This document shows positions 1 to 11,074 of a DNA stretch of 52,474 bases, one piece after another. Source of the stretch: Octopus bimaculoides (lineage: Eukaryota); the NCBI RefSeq assembly GCF_001194135.2, contig NC_068991.1, positions 5,308,515 to 5,360,988 of the forward strand. Reading direction: 5' to 3'. The notes beneath the pieces were generated by a model that made no database searches, had not been told where the DNA came from, and saw only the letters and a program-made list of their open reading frames with translations. The stretch's first letter is position 1. Every line of letters begins with the position of its first letter. The translations under genes were made by a program, and so were the position numbers.

Positions 1-36
<36 letters not shown>
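1..36. repeat. (TA)n microsatellite
   Basis: Pure TA run at the window start. Confidence 0.97.
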
Positions 37-40
<4 letters not shown>

Positions 41-1299
41 ACAGGCATATGTGAGTGCATTTGTGTAGGTGTGCATGTGTGTGCATATGGAAACCTGTGT
101 TGGTATAGATGTATGTGTATGCGTTAGTATTGTAGAATTCTTATGACGACGTGCGGTAATTGTATCTTTGCGTATCTGTCCATTCTTTCTTTCTGAAGAC
201 ACCACTTTTCATCTAATGTATGCACATAAATGCAAATGTTAGTGTGTGCGCGCCCCTGCGTGTGTATGTGTGTGTGTGTGTAACATTTGACAGAGGTTAA
301 ACTGAGGATGTGTAGATAGCGTTCATGCCCCCCACCCCTGTCATTATGAAGGATTAACCTGCTTTTCCATATGAGCTTAAATATACTTATAGTACACATG
401 AAATATATTTGATATAATAAAATATAGTCATATATTATATATGTGAGCGTGTATAGATACAGACACACACATGCATATACCATTAATATCTATACATTTT
501 TTCTCCCTCTGTTTCCTTTTTCTTTTTCTTTTTTCGTTCTCTCTCCATTTTATTTTACCTCTCAATCGTTTCTGTCGNNNNNNNNNNTATATATATAATA
601 TATATGCACAGAGATTTACATATAGCAGTTCATAGATATCATGTAGATTGTGGTCAATAGTCTCTAACATCCAGAATAAAACTGACCTGTATATAGGAAT
701 AAATAATCGATTGTAATCGATCAATAAAATTATTAATCAATATATAATATTCACTTTACATTATTTCAAATATGTTTTATACTGAACTGTGAATGTGCAT
801 TCTTGTCAGTGTGTGTGTGGGAGTGCGTGTGTGTGTGTGTGCGTGTGTGTATCCGTGCGTGTGTGTATGTGTGCGTGTGTACACGCGTGCGTAGCATGTG
901 TGCGTGTGTACACGCGTGCGTAGCATGTGTGCGTGCGTAAATGTGTCTGTGTGTGTGTATATATATATATATTCGTGTGTAACATTTATTTTGAAAGTGG
1001 TTGAACTGAAAACGTTTCAATAACGTTCATGTTTTCCCCACTGTCATTATGAAGAGTTGGATTAACCTCCTTTTTCACTATCTCACTTGACTCTCATTAT
1101 TACGTAAACAGATAAACACGAACGAAAGATATATTAAGTCTCGTTCATATTTTTCTTCCGTGCGTTTAGCAAACGGCTTTTATGAAATCGGTAAACAAAA
1201 TATTCTATTATCTCCTGCTGTCCAAGAGCTCTTCTGAAAGCTGTTGCTTAGTTCTCATCGAGAAACTGACAACCTCCATCTGATGCGCTCCATCATAGA

Positions 1300-1465
1300 C
1301 AGGGTATCGAAAAAGGCCTGGCAGGAGGCCCACATTTCAGAGTCCTTTTACACGGCTTGAAAATCTGAAGGGACATTGCAGTAAGTGTGAATCTGAGAGG
1401 GGAATATTTTGAATAAAATCGTTCTGTATTTTCCTTTATCCAAAGCCAGCAACTTCTCAACATTT

Positions 1466-1471
<6 letters not shown>
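1300..1471 (+). mobile_element. Decayed mariner/Tc1-type transposon 3' end (transposase C-terminus plus probable right TIR)
   Basis: With frameshifts it reads ...SESFY..LENLKGHCSKC/VNLRGEYFE* (stop at 1414-1416), resembling the mariner C-terminus G(I)xxLxxRWxKCxxxxG(E/D)YFE*. It is followed ~55 bp later by aacttctcaacatttcctcgt, resembling mariner TIR ends (...cctcgTA). Similarity judged by eye. Confidence 0.55.
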
Positions 1472-1528
<57 letters not shown>

Positions 1529-1545
1529 GTGTGCGTGTGTGTGTT
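1469..1545. repeat. (TG)n microsatellite
   Basis: Long, nearly pure TG run. Confidence 0.97.
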
Positions 1546-2057
1546 TGATCATTGTCTTCAATATGTTAAATTTCAGATTTTAAAACGCAAAACTTCCAAC
1601 TTTTCTTATTTCCTCCTAGATTCTTGTTCTGTATTTCCTAATGGAATTTCATATATATTACCATTTCCATGGAGCTGTTATGAAATATTAAATCCCTTGA
1701 CACGCTCACTCTGATTATAAAGACATTTCATTGACTCTGTCATCGAGTTTGATTGAAGAATTTGCAGCCGTAACGTATTGGTCTTGTGAACCATGAAATG
1801 AAAGACACCTTACTGAAAGTAAGACTTCAAAATCTGTTACCGCTCTTTGACAAGTTCAACAAACAAGCAACATCATTCGCTGCAAACATTTCAAATATAA
1901 ATATATAAAATTCTCTTGGTGAAAAGGTCAGCGATATTGAGAACTTTGTGAAATGGTGAAATTGTAAAGTAATCCTCGAAGGGAATAGCCATTATTATTC
2001 CTAAAACCAAATTCATTATAGTTAAATTAGCTTCATCGTAATTTGCATAACGATAAC

Positions 2058-2087
2058 GATCATCCACTTCACCATCATCACCACCGC

Positions 2088-2164
<77 letters not shown>

Positions 2165-2227
2165 TATAGCACTGTAACAATTATCAGGGTCAACATTGAT
2201 TTCACTATCATAAAGAATAACATCGTG

Positions 2228-2266
<39 letters not shown>

Positions 2267-2470
2267 GTCGTCGTCGTCGTCGTCATAATAATCATCATTA
2301 TCATCATCATCATCATCATCATCATAAACATCATCACCGGCATCATCAAATTCGTCATTATTATCGCCACCACAACTACCAACACCACCAGCTTCATCAT
2401 CATCATCATCATCATCATCATCGTCATAAGCGAAAACAATAACCACGACTATAACGATGATGCTCGTCCG
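2058..2470. repeat. Compound trinucleotide repeat: (ATT)n then (CAT)n/(CGT)n
   Basis: (ATT)n at ~2090-2162 and (CAT)n-rich 2228-2425. Explains the poly-D, poly-M and poly-I ORFs. Confidence 0.95.
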
Positions 2471-2562
2471 AATCATGCCCCGGTCGCCATCATAGACATC
2501 GTCCTAATTTCTGCGAATCAGAATATTAAGAGAATATCTCTTACAGCCCCTTGAGTCTTCCT

Positions 2563-2564
<2 letters not shown>

Positions 2565-2612
<48 letters not shown>

Positions 2613-3080
2613 NNNNNNNNNNNNNNNNNNNNNNNNNNNNNNNNNNNNNNNNNNNNNNNNNNNNNNNNNNNNNNNNNNNNNNNNNNNNNNNNNNNNNNNN
2701 NNNNNNNNNNNNNNNNNNNNNNNNNNNNNNNNNNNNNNNNNNNNNNNNNNNNNNNNNNNNNNNNNNNNNNNNNNNNNNNNNNNNNNNNNNNNNNNNNNNN
2801 NNNNNNNNNNNNNNNNNNNNNNNNNNNNNNNNNNNNNNNNNNNNNNNNNNNNNNNNNNNNNNNNNNNNNNNNNNNNNNNNNNNNNNNNNNNNNNNNNNNN
2901 NNNNNNNNNNNNNNNNNNNNNNNNNNNNNNNNNNNNNNNNNNNNNNNNNNNNNNNNNNNNNNNNNNNNNNNNNNNNNNNNNNNNNNNNNNNNNNNNNNNN
3001 NNNNNNNNNNNNNNNNNNNNNNNNNNNNNNNNNNNNNNNNNNNNNNNNNNNNNNNNNNNNNNNNNNNNNNNNNNNNNNNN

Positions 3081-3154
<74 letters not shown>

Positions 3155-3180
3155 CCTGTATATGTATGTATATATATATA
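2565..3180. repeat. (TG)n - gap - (TC)n - (TA)n microsatellite cluster
   Basis: Directly visible, with a 468-N gap between the arrays. Confidence 0.95.
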
Positions 3181-3189
3181 GTGTCAGGT

Positions 3190-3342
3190 ATTTGACTGCA
3201 GCCATGCTGGGGCACCGCCTTTCAGACTTTTTAGTCGAATGAATCGATGCTAGTACTCATTATATTGCTCGTTTTTGACGAACTGCTAACCTACGGCAAC
3301 ATAAACACACCGATGTCGGTAATCAAGCGTTGAGGGGGAAAG
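3190..3342 (-). mobile_element. SINE family A, 3' half
   Basis: tttgactgcagccatgctggggcaccgcc is the reverse complement of the family tail ggcggtgctccagcatggccgcagtc seen at 39134 and 43582. The middle segment matches 48490-48560. Confidence 0.8.
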
Positions 3343-3842
3343 AAATGTTCACACAAATATATTCATACATACATACCTATAGTGTGAACAATATATGAAT
3401 GTTTGTGTGAGAGTGGGTTTGAAATATTTGTACTTATGTGTTTAACAATCCAATATTCCAAGAAAAATATGTCGAGATTCTTTGCGCGGGCATCTTTAAG
3501 ACTTTTGACTGTTTGCAATCCGGCGTAATGAAACGAATATCTTTACTAGTCTTAGAATATTCACTCATCTGGAATATATATTAATGATTGGCGATGAAAA
3601 CAGACAAAACAGCAAAACAGATGATTAAATGATTGATTGATTGATTAAACGATTAATCAAGCAATCTATTATTTTATTGGCTCATTTGTTCAACAGTTGA
3701 ATAATGATTATAATACTAATTATAATAATGATGATGATGATGATGATAAAAATTGTGTGGAAGAAGAAGAAGAGAACTATATATTGCAAATAAGTAAACG
3801 GATACATGAATAATATGGGTCTCTTCAGGTACATCAATAAAA

Positions 3843-3872
3843 AGATAGATAGATGGATAGACAGATGTATGA

Positions 3873-3918
<46 letters not shown>
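3843..3918. repeat. (GATA)n tetranucleotide repeat
   Basis: Directly visible. Confidence 0.95.
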
Positions 3919-3921
<3 letters not shown>

Positions 3922-4468
3922 TGCTGGATATGTAGAAAAATGGAGTATTTCCAATTAAGCCTTCAATCAAAGTCCTGGTTGCTTATACTCCTAAAGAAGA
4001 TCGAATTTCTGTTGGCGTAAATAATCCACCTACCACACCGATACATCTAAAGTTCTGGTCTAGCAAAGAGTGAAAATATAATCCAAGTTAAACGACAAAG
4101 AAAGAATTTATTGCATTTTTGATGTAACATTTACAATTATTTCGGTACCACGCTATTTATAACGCCATTACACGCAAAACTCCCCATGAGAAAAGTTGCA
4201 TAATGCTTGCAGTTTTATATAGTTGAGTGGCACCTCATCAGACTTATATGTAAAGAGTGCATCTCGTAATGAAAGTTTGATGAGCTGTCGTTCTAATGCA
4301 TACAATCGCAAATATTACGCATCTTTTCACATGAAATTTTTGCATGCATTGGCGTTAGCAAGACAATGGTACTGAGCTATTTATATTGGTAGATAGACAC
4401 AGAGAGAGACAGAGAGAGAGAGAGCGATAGAGAGATATATGGATGGATGAATAGATATATAGATATGA

Positions 4469-4536
<68 letters not shown>

Positions 4537-5010
4537 ATGTGTTTACTTATGTATGTATATATGTATGTATGTCATTATTCAATTTATTTCAAGATTTCTT
4601 TCCTATGGAGAAAGAACCGGTTTCTAATCTAGATCCAAGGTTCCATCATTGGAATTTCAACATCAACCGCAGTGTATGTATGTATGTACGTATTTATGTA
4701 CGTATGTATGTACGTATGTATGTATGTATATATCTAATTCAATCATTCTGTCTACATTGTGCATAATGAAAGATTGGCGGATATCTGCTTTGGCCTCGCG
4801 TGCACAGTTCTAATTCTGCAAGAAGCCGGGTGATGTATGATTAGACTAATAGTGAAAAATTATAGTGGCTCTGAGACTTAACATGTCGTTTAGTGTAATA
4901 TTTTTGTCACACATTATGCGTAAATATAAGAAGGGAAAACAAATGCCTGAACGCAGAGGCAGAAAATTTACCTGAAATATTATCACGTAATATCTGCAGT
5001 GATATAAGGG

Positions 5011-5198
5011 GTCGGACGAAATGTTTAATGGTATTTCGTCAGTCTTTATGTTCTGAGTTCAAATTCCGCCGAGGTCGACTTTTACTTTCATCCTTTTGGG
5101 GTCGATGAATTAAGCACCAATTGCGTACTGGGGCCGATCGAATCGACTGGCCCCCTTCCCAAAAATTTCGGTCTTTTTGCGTAGAGTAGAAAAGAACA
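5011..5198 (+). mobile_element. SINE family B, right-monomer type, 5'-truncated
   Basis: B-box gagttcaaattcc, central gtcgactt..tttcatccttttggggtcgatgaattaag, diagnostic ttgcgtactgg and tail cccccttcccaaaaatttcgg...gagtagaaaagaa, shared with 39425-39634. Confidence 0.85.
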
Positions 5199-6578
5199 TT
5201 TGCAATGATGTAACGATTCATTAAGAGTTGTAGTTAAATTTGTTAATTTTAATTACTTTCATGTTTCAGCTTCACTGAAAGAACATGTGGGCTTTCGGTC
5301 TCCAACATCAACCACGAATTCCTTGCCTTTAAGATTTTTTTTTTTTTTTTTCATGTAAAACTTTTTCGGAATAACCCTGTATTCTCGTCGTTTCGTAATC
5401 ATCGTAAATTACAACTTTACTCGGAGCTCGTTCACACATTTCTCAATTCTGACATCAACCTGCTCACAATAAATATTTTACGAAACCAAATAAAATAAGA
5501 GCCCACTTCTTCTTCTGTTACCATTAATGTCAATTTCACAATACTTTTTTTTTTTTACCTCTATAAATAAGGATTAACATCAACGTTTCCAGCATTCGTA
5601 CTTCGGTGGCGTTTTCGACGCCTGTCCTACCAAATAAAAAATTACATTCACTAATTTCAAAATAGCTATGGTTTATGTGAACACCTCAAGAAAAAAAAAG
5701 CTTCCTAAATTCTACTATTTACGGGTTTTCAAATCGCTTAGTCTTGTGAAAGTTGTATCTGAAGCGTAACTGTCGTGTTTCCTATTTCTTCACATAATTC
5801 TTCAGAGTGTAAAATCCTTGTTCACCGCTGTCATGAAATTGTTGTAGCCGTCTCTCGATCATGTTTTCCGCCATTTTATTAAATACGAAATATATGAATA
5901 CACCACACACTGCTCGACCAAATATATTTTCCTCTCCCACTTTTACTCACTTCAATTATTTATTTACTTTTATTTATATTTATATTTATATTTCATTTAT
6001 GGAATTTTGCTGCAGTAACACCACAAACTCCACCGCCATTGTTATTTTCACACGTGGATTATACTTAACGCGTTTGTTTCTTTCATGTATCGATAATTGG
6101 TTATGTAAGTGCTGTTGTGTGTGTTGCTGTTAATGTTTAATGTTATTGATCTTATTTAGGCAATAATAGCTAATAAATAATGATTCATATTTCATTTCCC
6201 CTTCTACAAAACAGGAAATTGGTTAACAGAATTCCAGAAGATATCTCGTTTATTTCAAAATGTTATCGATTTGAATCATTATTGGGTGGAAATGAACTGT
6301 TACCGTGAAAGCACTAAAAAGTGCCAGCTATATGACAGAACATATTTCTGTTTAAAAAGCAAATGACGATCTACCCCGTTGCAATTCGGAGTTTCTCGCA
6401 ACGTGATTTGTAGAAGTCAACATCGAATTGAATAACGTTATACGGAAACGTGAGTAAACAAAAAATGTTTTAAGAAAAGAGCGGTGATGCGAGATAAAGA
6501 TGTTTAATCGTTAAGGGATGAACAGAAAGGAGTTCGGACATATCGGGTTCACTTCGTTCGTTAGCATAAAGAGAGGGA

Positions 6579-6677
6579 GAAAGAAGAAGAAGAAGAAGAA
6601 GAAGAAGAAGAAGAAGAAGAAGNNNNNNNNNNAAGAAGAAGAAGAAGAAGAAGAAGAAGAAGAAGAAGAAGAAGAAG
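6579..6677. repeat. (GAA)n trinucleotide repeat with 10-N gap
   Basis: Directly visible. Confidence 0.95.
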
Positions 6678-6732
6678 GGCAGCGTCTTGAAGGGTTTCGT
6701 CCCATAAATCTATGCCAACATGTGTTCAGCAT

Positions 6733-6831
6733 GGCACATATTCTATCGCTGTCTTATGCCAGACCTCTGAGTTATGAGAACGGGAACAAACCAGCACCGG
6801 CTGTCCAGTGGTGGTGGGGTTAGGGTTAGAC

Positions 6832-6899
<68 letters not shown>

Positions 6900-7062
6900 T
6901 CATGGTCTAGGGAGCAATTTGGAGCAATGGTTGATCAGAGCTGGTAGATTGCTCCTGAGGTTTTGTAGAAGACATTCGCTCCAGGTAACACACTGTAAGA
7001 CTAAACACAGAACCACGAGGCAGGGGAGCAATGTTCTTACCACACAGTAACGCCTGCGTCTA
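6733..7062 (-). mobile_element. SINE family A, diverged near-full copy with internal (TA)n expansion
   Basis: 6733-6835 matches the family middle segment, 6940-7062 matches the head (tagaagacattcgctccagg...ttcttaccacacagtaacgcctgcg), and 6835-6898 is pure TA in the linker position. Confidence 0.6.
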
Positions 7063-7697
7063 TGTAAATAATTTTTTAAATATCCGAGAAAGACGCCAAA
7101 TAATTTCGCTGAATTAATTCACGTTTCATCATATACCAATGTTTTCTTTGCCACATAGAACTATTAACAACCTCTGCCGGTTTTTAACAGTATCATTTTT
7201 TTTCTTTTTCATTCATGTGGTATATTCAAATTTATTCAATCAGTTACGAGCACTCAAATACATATAAGCATAATAAATACACACACTAACGCCCACAAGC
7301 ACACAAACATACACACAGATAAATGCCCACACACATTTACACACAGACATAAACACACTTATTTGTATTTATCAGAGGAACACAAAGTAGATAAAAGCTA
7401 TAAACACTTCGATTTCCTCCGTTAAAACCGATTTATTTCATATTTCTCGAACTCTCTGAATGCTTGTGACGTAAACAGTATATATTTGTGTATATATGGT
7501 GATGTTTATTTGTGCTAAAGCCGTTATATGATCGATTTGCTGTAATGGTTACTATGATCGTAAAGTATTCGGCAGATATAAAGTTCGGTTCTCGAAGGCG
7601 GTACTGTCCTATTTTATCCCATCTGGTGCAATGTTTGTGATTGTACTTAAATCATTAAGGTCCATATTATTATATAATTCAATTCTCACTGTATCCT

Positions 7698-8003
7698 TTA
7701 TTTTTATTTGTTTCCAGTCATCTTCACTGCAGCCATGCTGGAATACCGCCTTTAGTCGAAGAAATTGACCCTAGGACTTATTGGTCTCTTAGCCGAACCG
7801 CTAAGTTACGGGGACGTAAACATACCAACATCAGTTGTCAAGTGATGGTGGGGGGACAAACACACACAAGCAAATATACGACGGTCTTCTTTCAGTTTCG
7901 TCTACCAAATCCACTGAAAAAGTTTGGTCGGCTCGAGGCTTTAGTAGAAGACGCTTGCCCAAGGTGCCACACAGTGGGACTGAACCGGGAACCATGTGGT
8001 TAT
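7698..8003 (-). mobile_element. SINE family A, near full length
   Basis: Collinear with the reverse complement of 48261-48659: tail, middle, linker, ctaccaaatccact, tagtagaagacgcttgcccaaggtgccacacagtgggactgaaccgggaaccatgtgg. Confidence 0.9.
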
Positions 8004-8094
8004 ATGCGGGCCACTGATAAAATTTTTAACGTGTGTATACACATATACTTATGTATAGAGTTACACAATCCTGCACATATATGATGTTGGGTGT

Positions 8095-8128
8095 ATATCT
8101 ATATCTATATATATATATATATATATAT

Positions 8129-8195
<67 letters not shown>

Positions 8196-8226
8196 CATAC
8201 ATACATACATACATCTATACATATAC

Positions 8227-8298
<72 letters not shown>

Positions 8299-8300
8299 GT
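8095..8300. repeat. (TA)n/(GATA)n/(TACA)n compound microsatellite
   Basis: Directly visible. Confidence 0.95.
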
Positions 8301-8522
8301 GTATATATGCACATGCATATGTGTATGTAGAGTTTACATTTGCTTCTATGAATATATATGTATGTAGTTTAGTGTCTGTCTATGTATGTATGCAGGTATA
8401 CAATCATGTATGTATGTATGTATGTATGTATGTATGTATTTATGTAGGCACGGATGGCAGTATGAACGCTGGTATGTATCATACGTACTTGATATAAATG
8501 ACGGAAACCGTTATTATTAATT

Positions 8523-8680
8523 CCGGGATTGTTCAGCGTAAGAAAGGTAGTTGACATGCTGGAGAATAAATAATAGCAAAATTGTTCAAGCATCGATGTC
8601 TTCTATTCGACGTTTGGCAAAAATACGTCAAGAATTCTCCTCAACAAAGAACTCAAGCTTCCATGACACATAACTTTGGT
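8523..8680 (-). repeat. Unnamed dispersed repeat F, copy 1
   Basis: Reverse complement aligns by eye with 13036-13195 (shared blocks ccaa.gttatgt, gttctttgtt, aattcttgacgtatttt, cagcatgtcaactac.tttctta). Orientation label is arbitrary. Confidence 0.8.
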
Positions 8681-8698
8681 CGATAAAGAGAAGGAGGT

Positions 8699-8817
8699 GG
8701 AAGAAGAAGAAGAAGAAGAAGAAGAAGAAGAAGAAGAAGAAGAAGAAGAAGAAGAAGAAGAAGAAGAAGAAGAAGAAGAAGAAGAAGAAGAAGAAGAAGA
8801 GGAGGAGGAGGAGGAGA
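8699..8817. repeat. (GAA)n(GAG)n trinucleotide repeat
   Basis: Directly visible. Source of the poly-E ORF 8676-8867. Confidence 0.97.
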
Positions 8818-9236
8818 CGACGCTTCTTTTAGGAAAGTGGTCATTGATTTTACCGGTCTCATGGTAGGACACGCAAACGAAAGAGGAATGTATAACAATT
8901 GACGCTGCTACAGAAACGTATATGTCGGTGCGGGATTCGTAAACACACATTGGTAGCTCACGTATACATATCTGTGTGTGCGTGCGTTTGTGTGTGTGTG
9001 TGTGTTTGTGTTTGTGTTTGTATGTTTGTCTATTTGTTTGCGTGTGTATGCTTGTATTTGTCCATCCGTGAATGTATATATATATATATATATACAGATA
9101 TATATGTGTGTGTGTGTGTGTATACATATATATGTGTATATATATTCATACATACATATACATATGTATGTATGCGTATGTGTGTGTATGTGTGGATGGA
9201 TAGATAGATGGATAGATAAATCGCTAGGTAGATAGC

Positions 9237-9274
<38 letters not shown>

Positions 9275-9748
9275 CATATATAGATAGATAGAATTAGAAG
9301 TGTTTGCGTACGCGTGAGTGTACACTTACTCGTATATGCGGATATATATAAGTGAAGCGATAATACACTTAATGACGTACAAAAAAAAAATCCGATATTT
9401 GAATTTTCACTCTCAATTACAGAAAGAAAACAAGCAGAAAATTGTGTTTCCATGGTTACGAAGATATTCTTATCGATCGTATTGAGAAAGGTGACGTATA
9501 TGTTAAGGTTTCAGCATTATTAACACTCATCATTGAATCATTGACTTATCAAGTCATCTTTGATCAGTGAATCGTAGTCTTATGAAGTCTTTCTTCTTAT
9601 AAAATTCTACATGCAGAGCGCCACTATATGCCACTATATATACGGCACCAGCTTTGATCATGTTTCGGTTCCATTGCATCTCTATAGCGAACTGTTGCCT
9701 AAAATTCATTTAGCAGATCGTAAAACCATTTAGGAAATATATATTTCA

Positions 9749-9798
<50 letters not shown>

Positions 9799-10747
9799 NN
9801 NNNNNNNNNNNNNNNNNNNNNNNNNNNNNNNNNNNNNNNNNNNNNNNNNNNNNNNNNNNNNNNNNNNNNNNNNNNNNNNNNNNNNNNNNNNNNNNNNNNN
9901 NNNNNNNNNNNNNNNNNNNNNNNNNNNNNNNNNNNNNNNNNNNNNNNATATATATATATATATATATATATACATACATATATACATGCATACAATTCGG
10001 TATATTATAGGCCCTACAATATACCCAGCTGATCCTGCCTATTTCTAACATGCTAACTCACCACGAAAATGAGCTAATTTTGAGTTTATTTAAAAGATAG
10101 ATATTAAAATAATGGAAGAAATATTCACTGAACGAGTGAGTGCTATTAAACGAATAAATGTTAAAAAGAAAATTAGATGTATTTTATCAGAAAAATGACT
10201 CAAAATGGAAATTAGTCACGTAAGTATTTTCTAGCGGCCTGCCAGAAAACCTCCCGGTGGTTGGTATTTCTGATAGCATTATATAATATTATTATATGAT
10301 ATTAATATTATATAAATATTATATATAATATTATTTCATTTGCAGAGAATGTTTCTTCCTGACCTCACGCTGCACTTATACAATGGTCTGAAAGGAAATA
10401 TATATTCTAAATTTATAACATTTTCTTGAGCTTCAGCATGTCTATTAGCTTCTAAGAAAACAGGTGCCACTATAAGTGAAAGCATTGTAATAGAAATACG
10501 CTTACATATTATGAATAATTAATTTTTTTATTATGTATACGTTCATGGATTGAATCCAAAGAAAGATAGGCCATTAATAACTCAGTCTAGCTATTCTATT
10601 AAAGTCTATGCATTTAAGTTATCAGCAAATTCAGATCAAATCTGCGGTGTAGAGGTTGGCACATTTGTACGATTTGCAGTTCATATAGCGTTCGAATATT
10701 ACGGACGAGGTTACTTTTGTTTTTTCTAAAGTATGTGCAGCTTTTAT

Positions 10748-10794
10748 CTTTTATTTGCTTCAGTCGTTCAAACGCGGACATGCTGGAGCACTGC
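10748..10794 (-). mobile_element. SINE family A, isolated 3' tail
   Basis: ttttatttgcttcagtcgttcaaacgcggacatgctggagcactgc matches the reverse-complemented tail. Confidence 0.65.
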
Positions 10795-10858
10795 ATGTAG
10801 GACAGAGCTCAAAACCACAGAGCTCAAAACCACAGAGAAGAATATGTCGATATTTTTG

Positions 10859-11074
10859 AAGGCAGCGAGCTGGCAGAATCGTTAGCACGCCGGGCTTAGC
10901 AGTATTTCGTCTGTCGTTACGTTCTGAGTTCAAATTTCGCCACGTAGACTTTGCCTTTCATTCTTTCGGGGTCGATTAAATAAGTACGAGTTACATACTG
11001 GAGTCGATATAATCTACTTAATCCGTTGTTTGTGCCCTATATGCTTAGCCCCTTGTGGGCAATAAGGAAATAAA
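10859..11074 (+). mobile_element. SINE family B, left-monomer type, full length
   Basis: Head ggcagcgagctggcagaatcgttagcacgccggg, B-box gagttcaaatttc, central domain, gttacatactgg and tail ttagccccttgtgggcaataaggaaata. Confidence 0.9.

Noticed and set aside
2159-2554. Poly-Asp, poly-Met and poly-Ile ORFs
   Set aside because: Translations of (CAT)n/(ATT)n. Several frames are open with no unique domain or splice context.
6190-6370. Acceptor-like cag followed by KLVNRIPEDISFISKC...LLGGNELLP (vaguely LRR-like)
   Set aside because: Spacing does not fit LxxLxLxxN, there is no good donor and no neighbouring exon.
8676-8867. Poly-Glu ORF
   Set aside because: Pure (GAA)n(GAG)n microsatellite.
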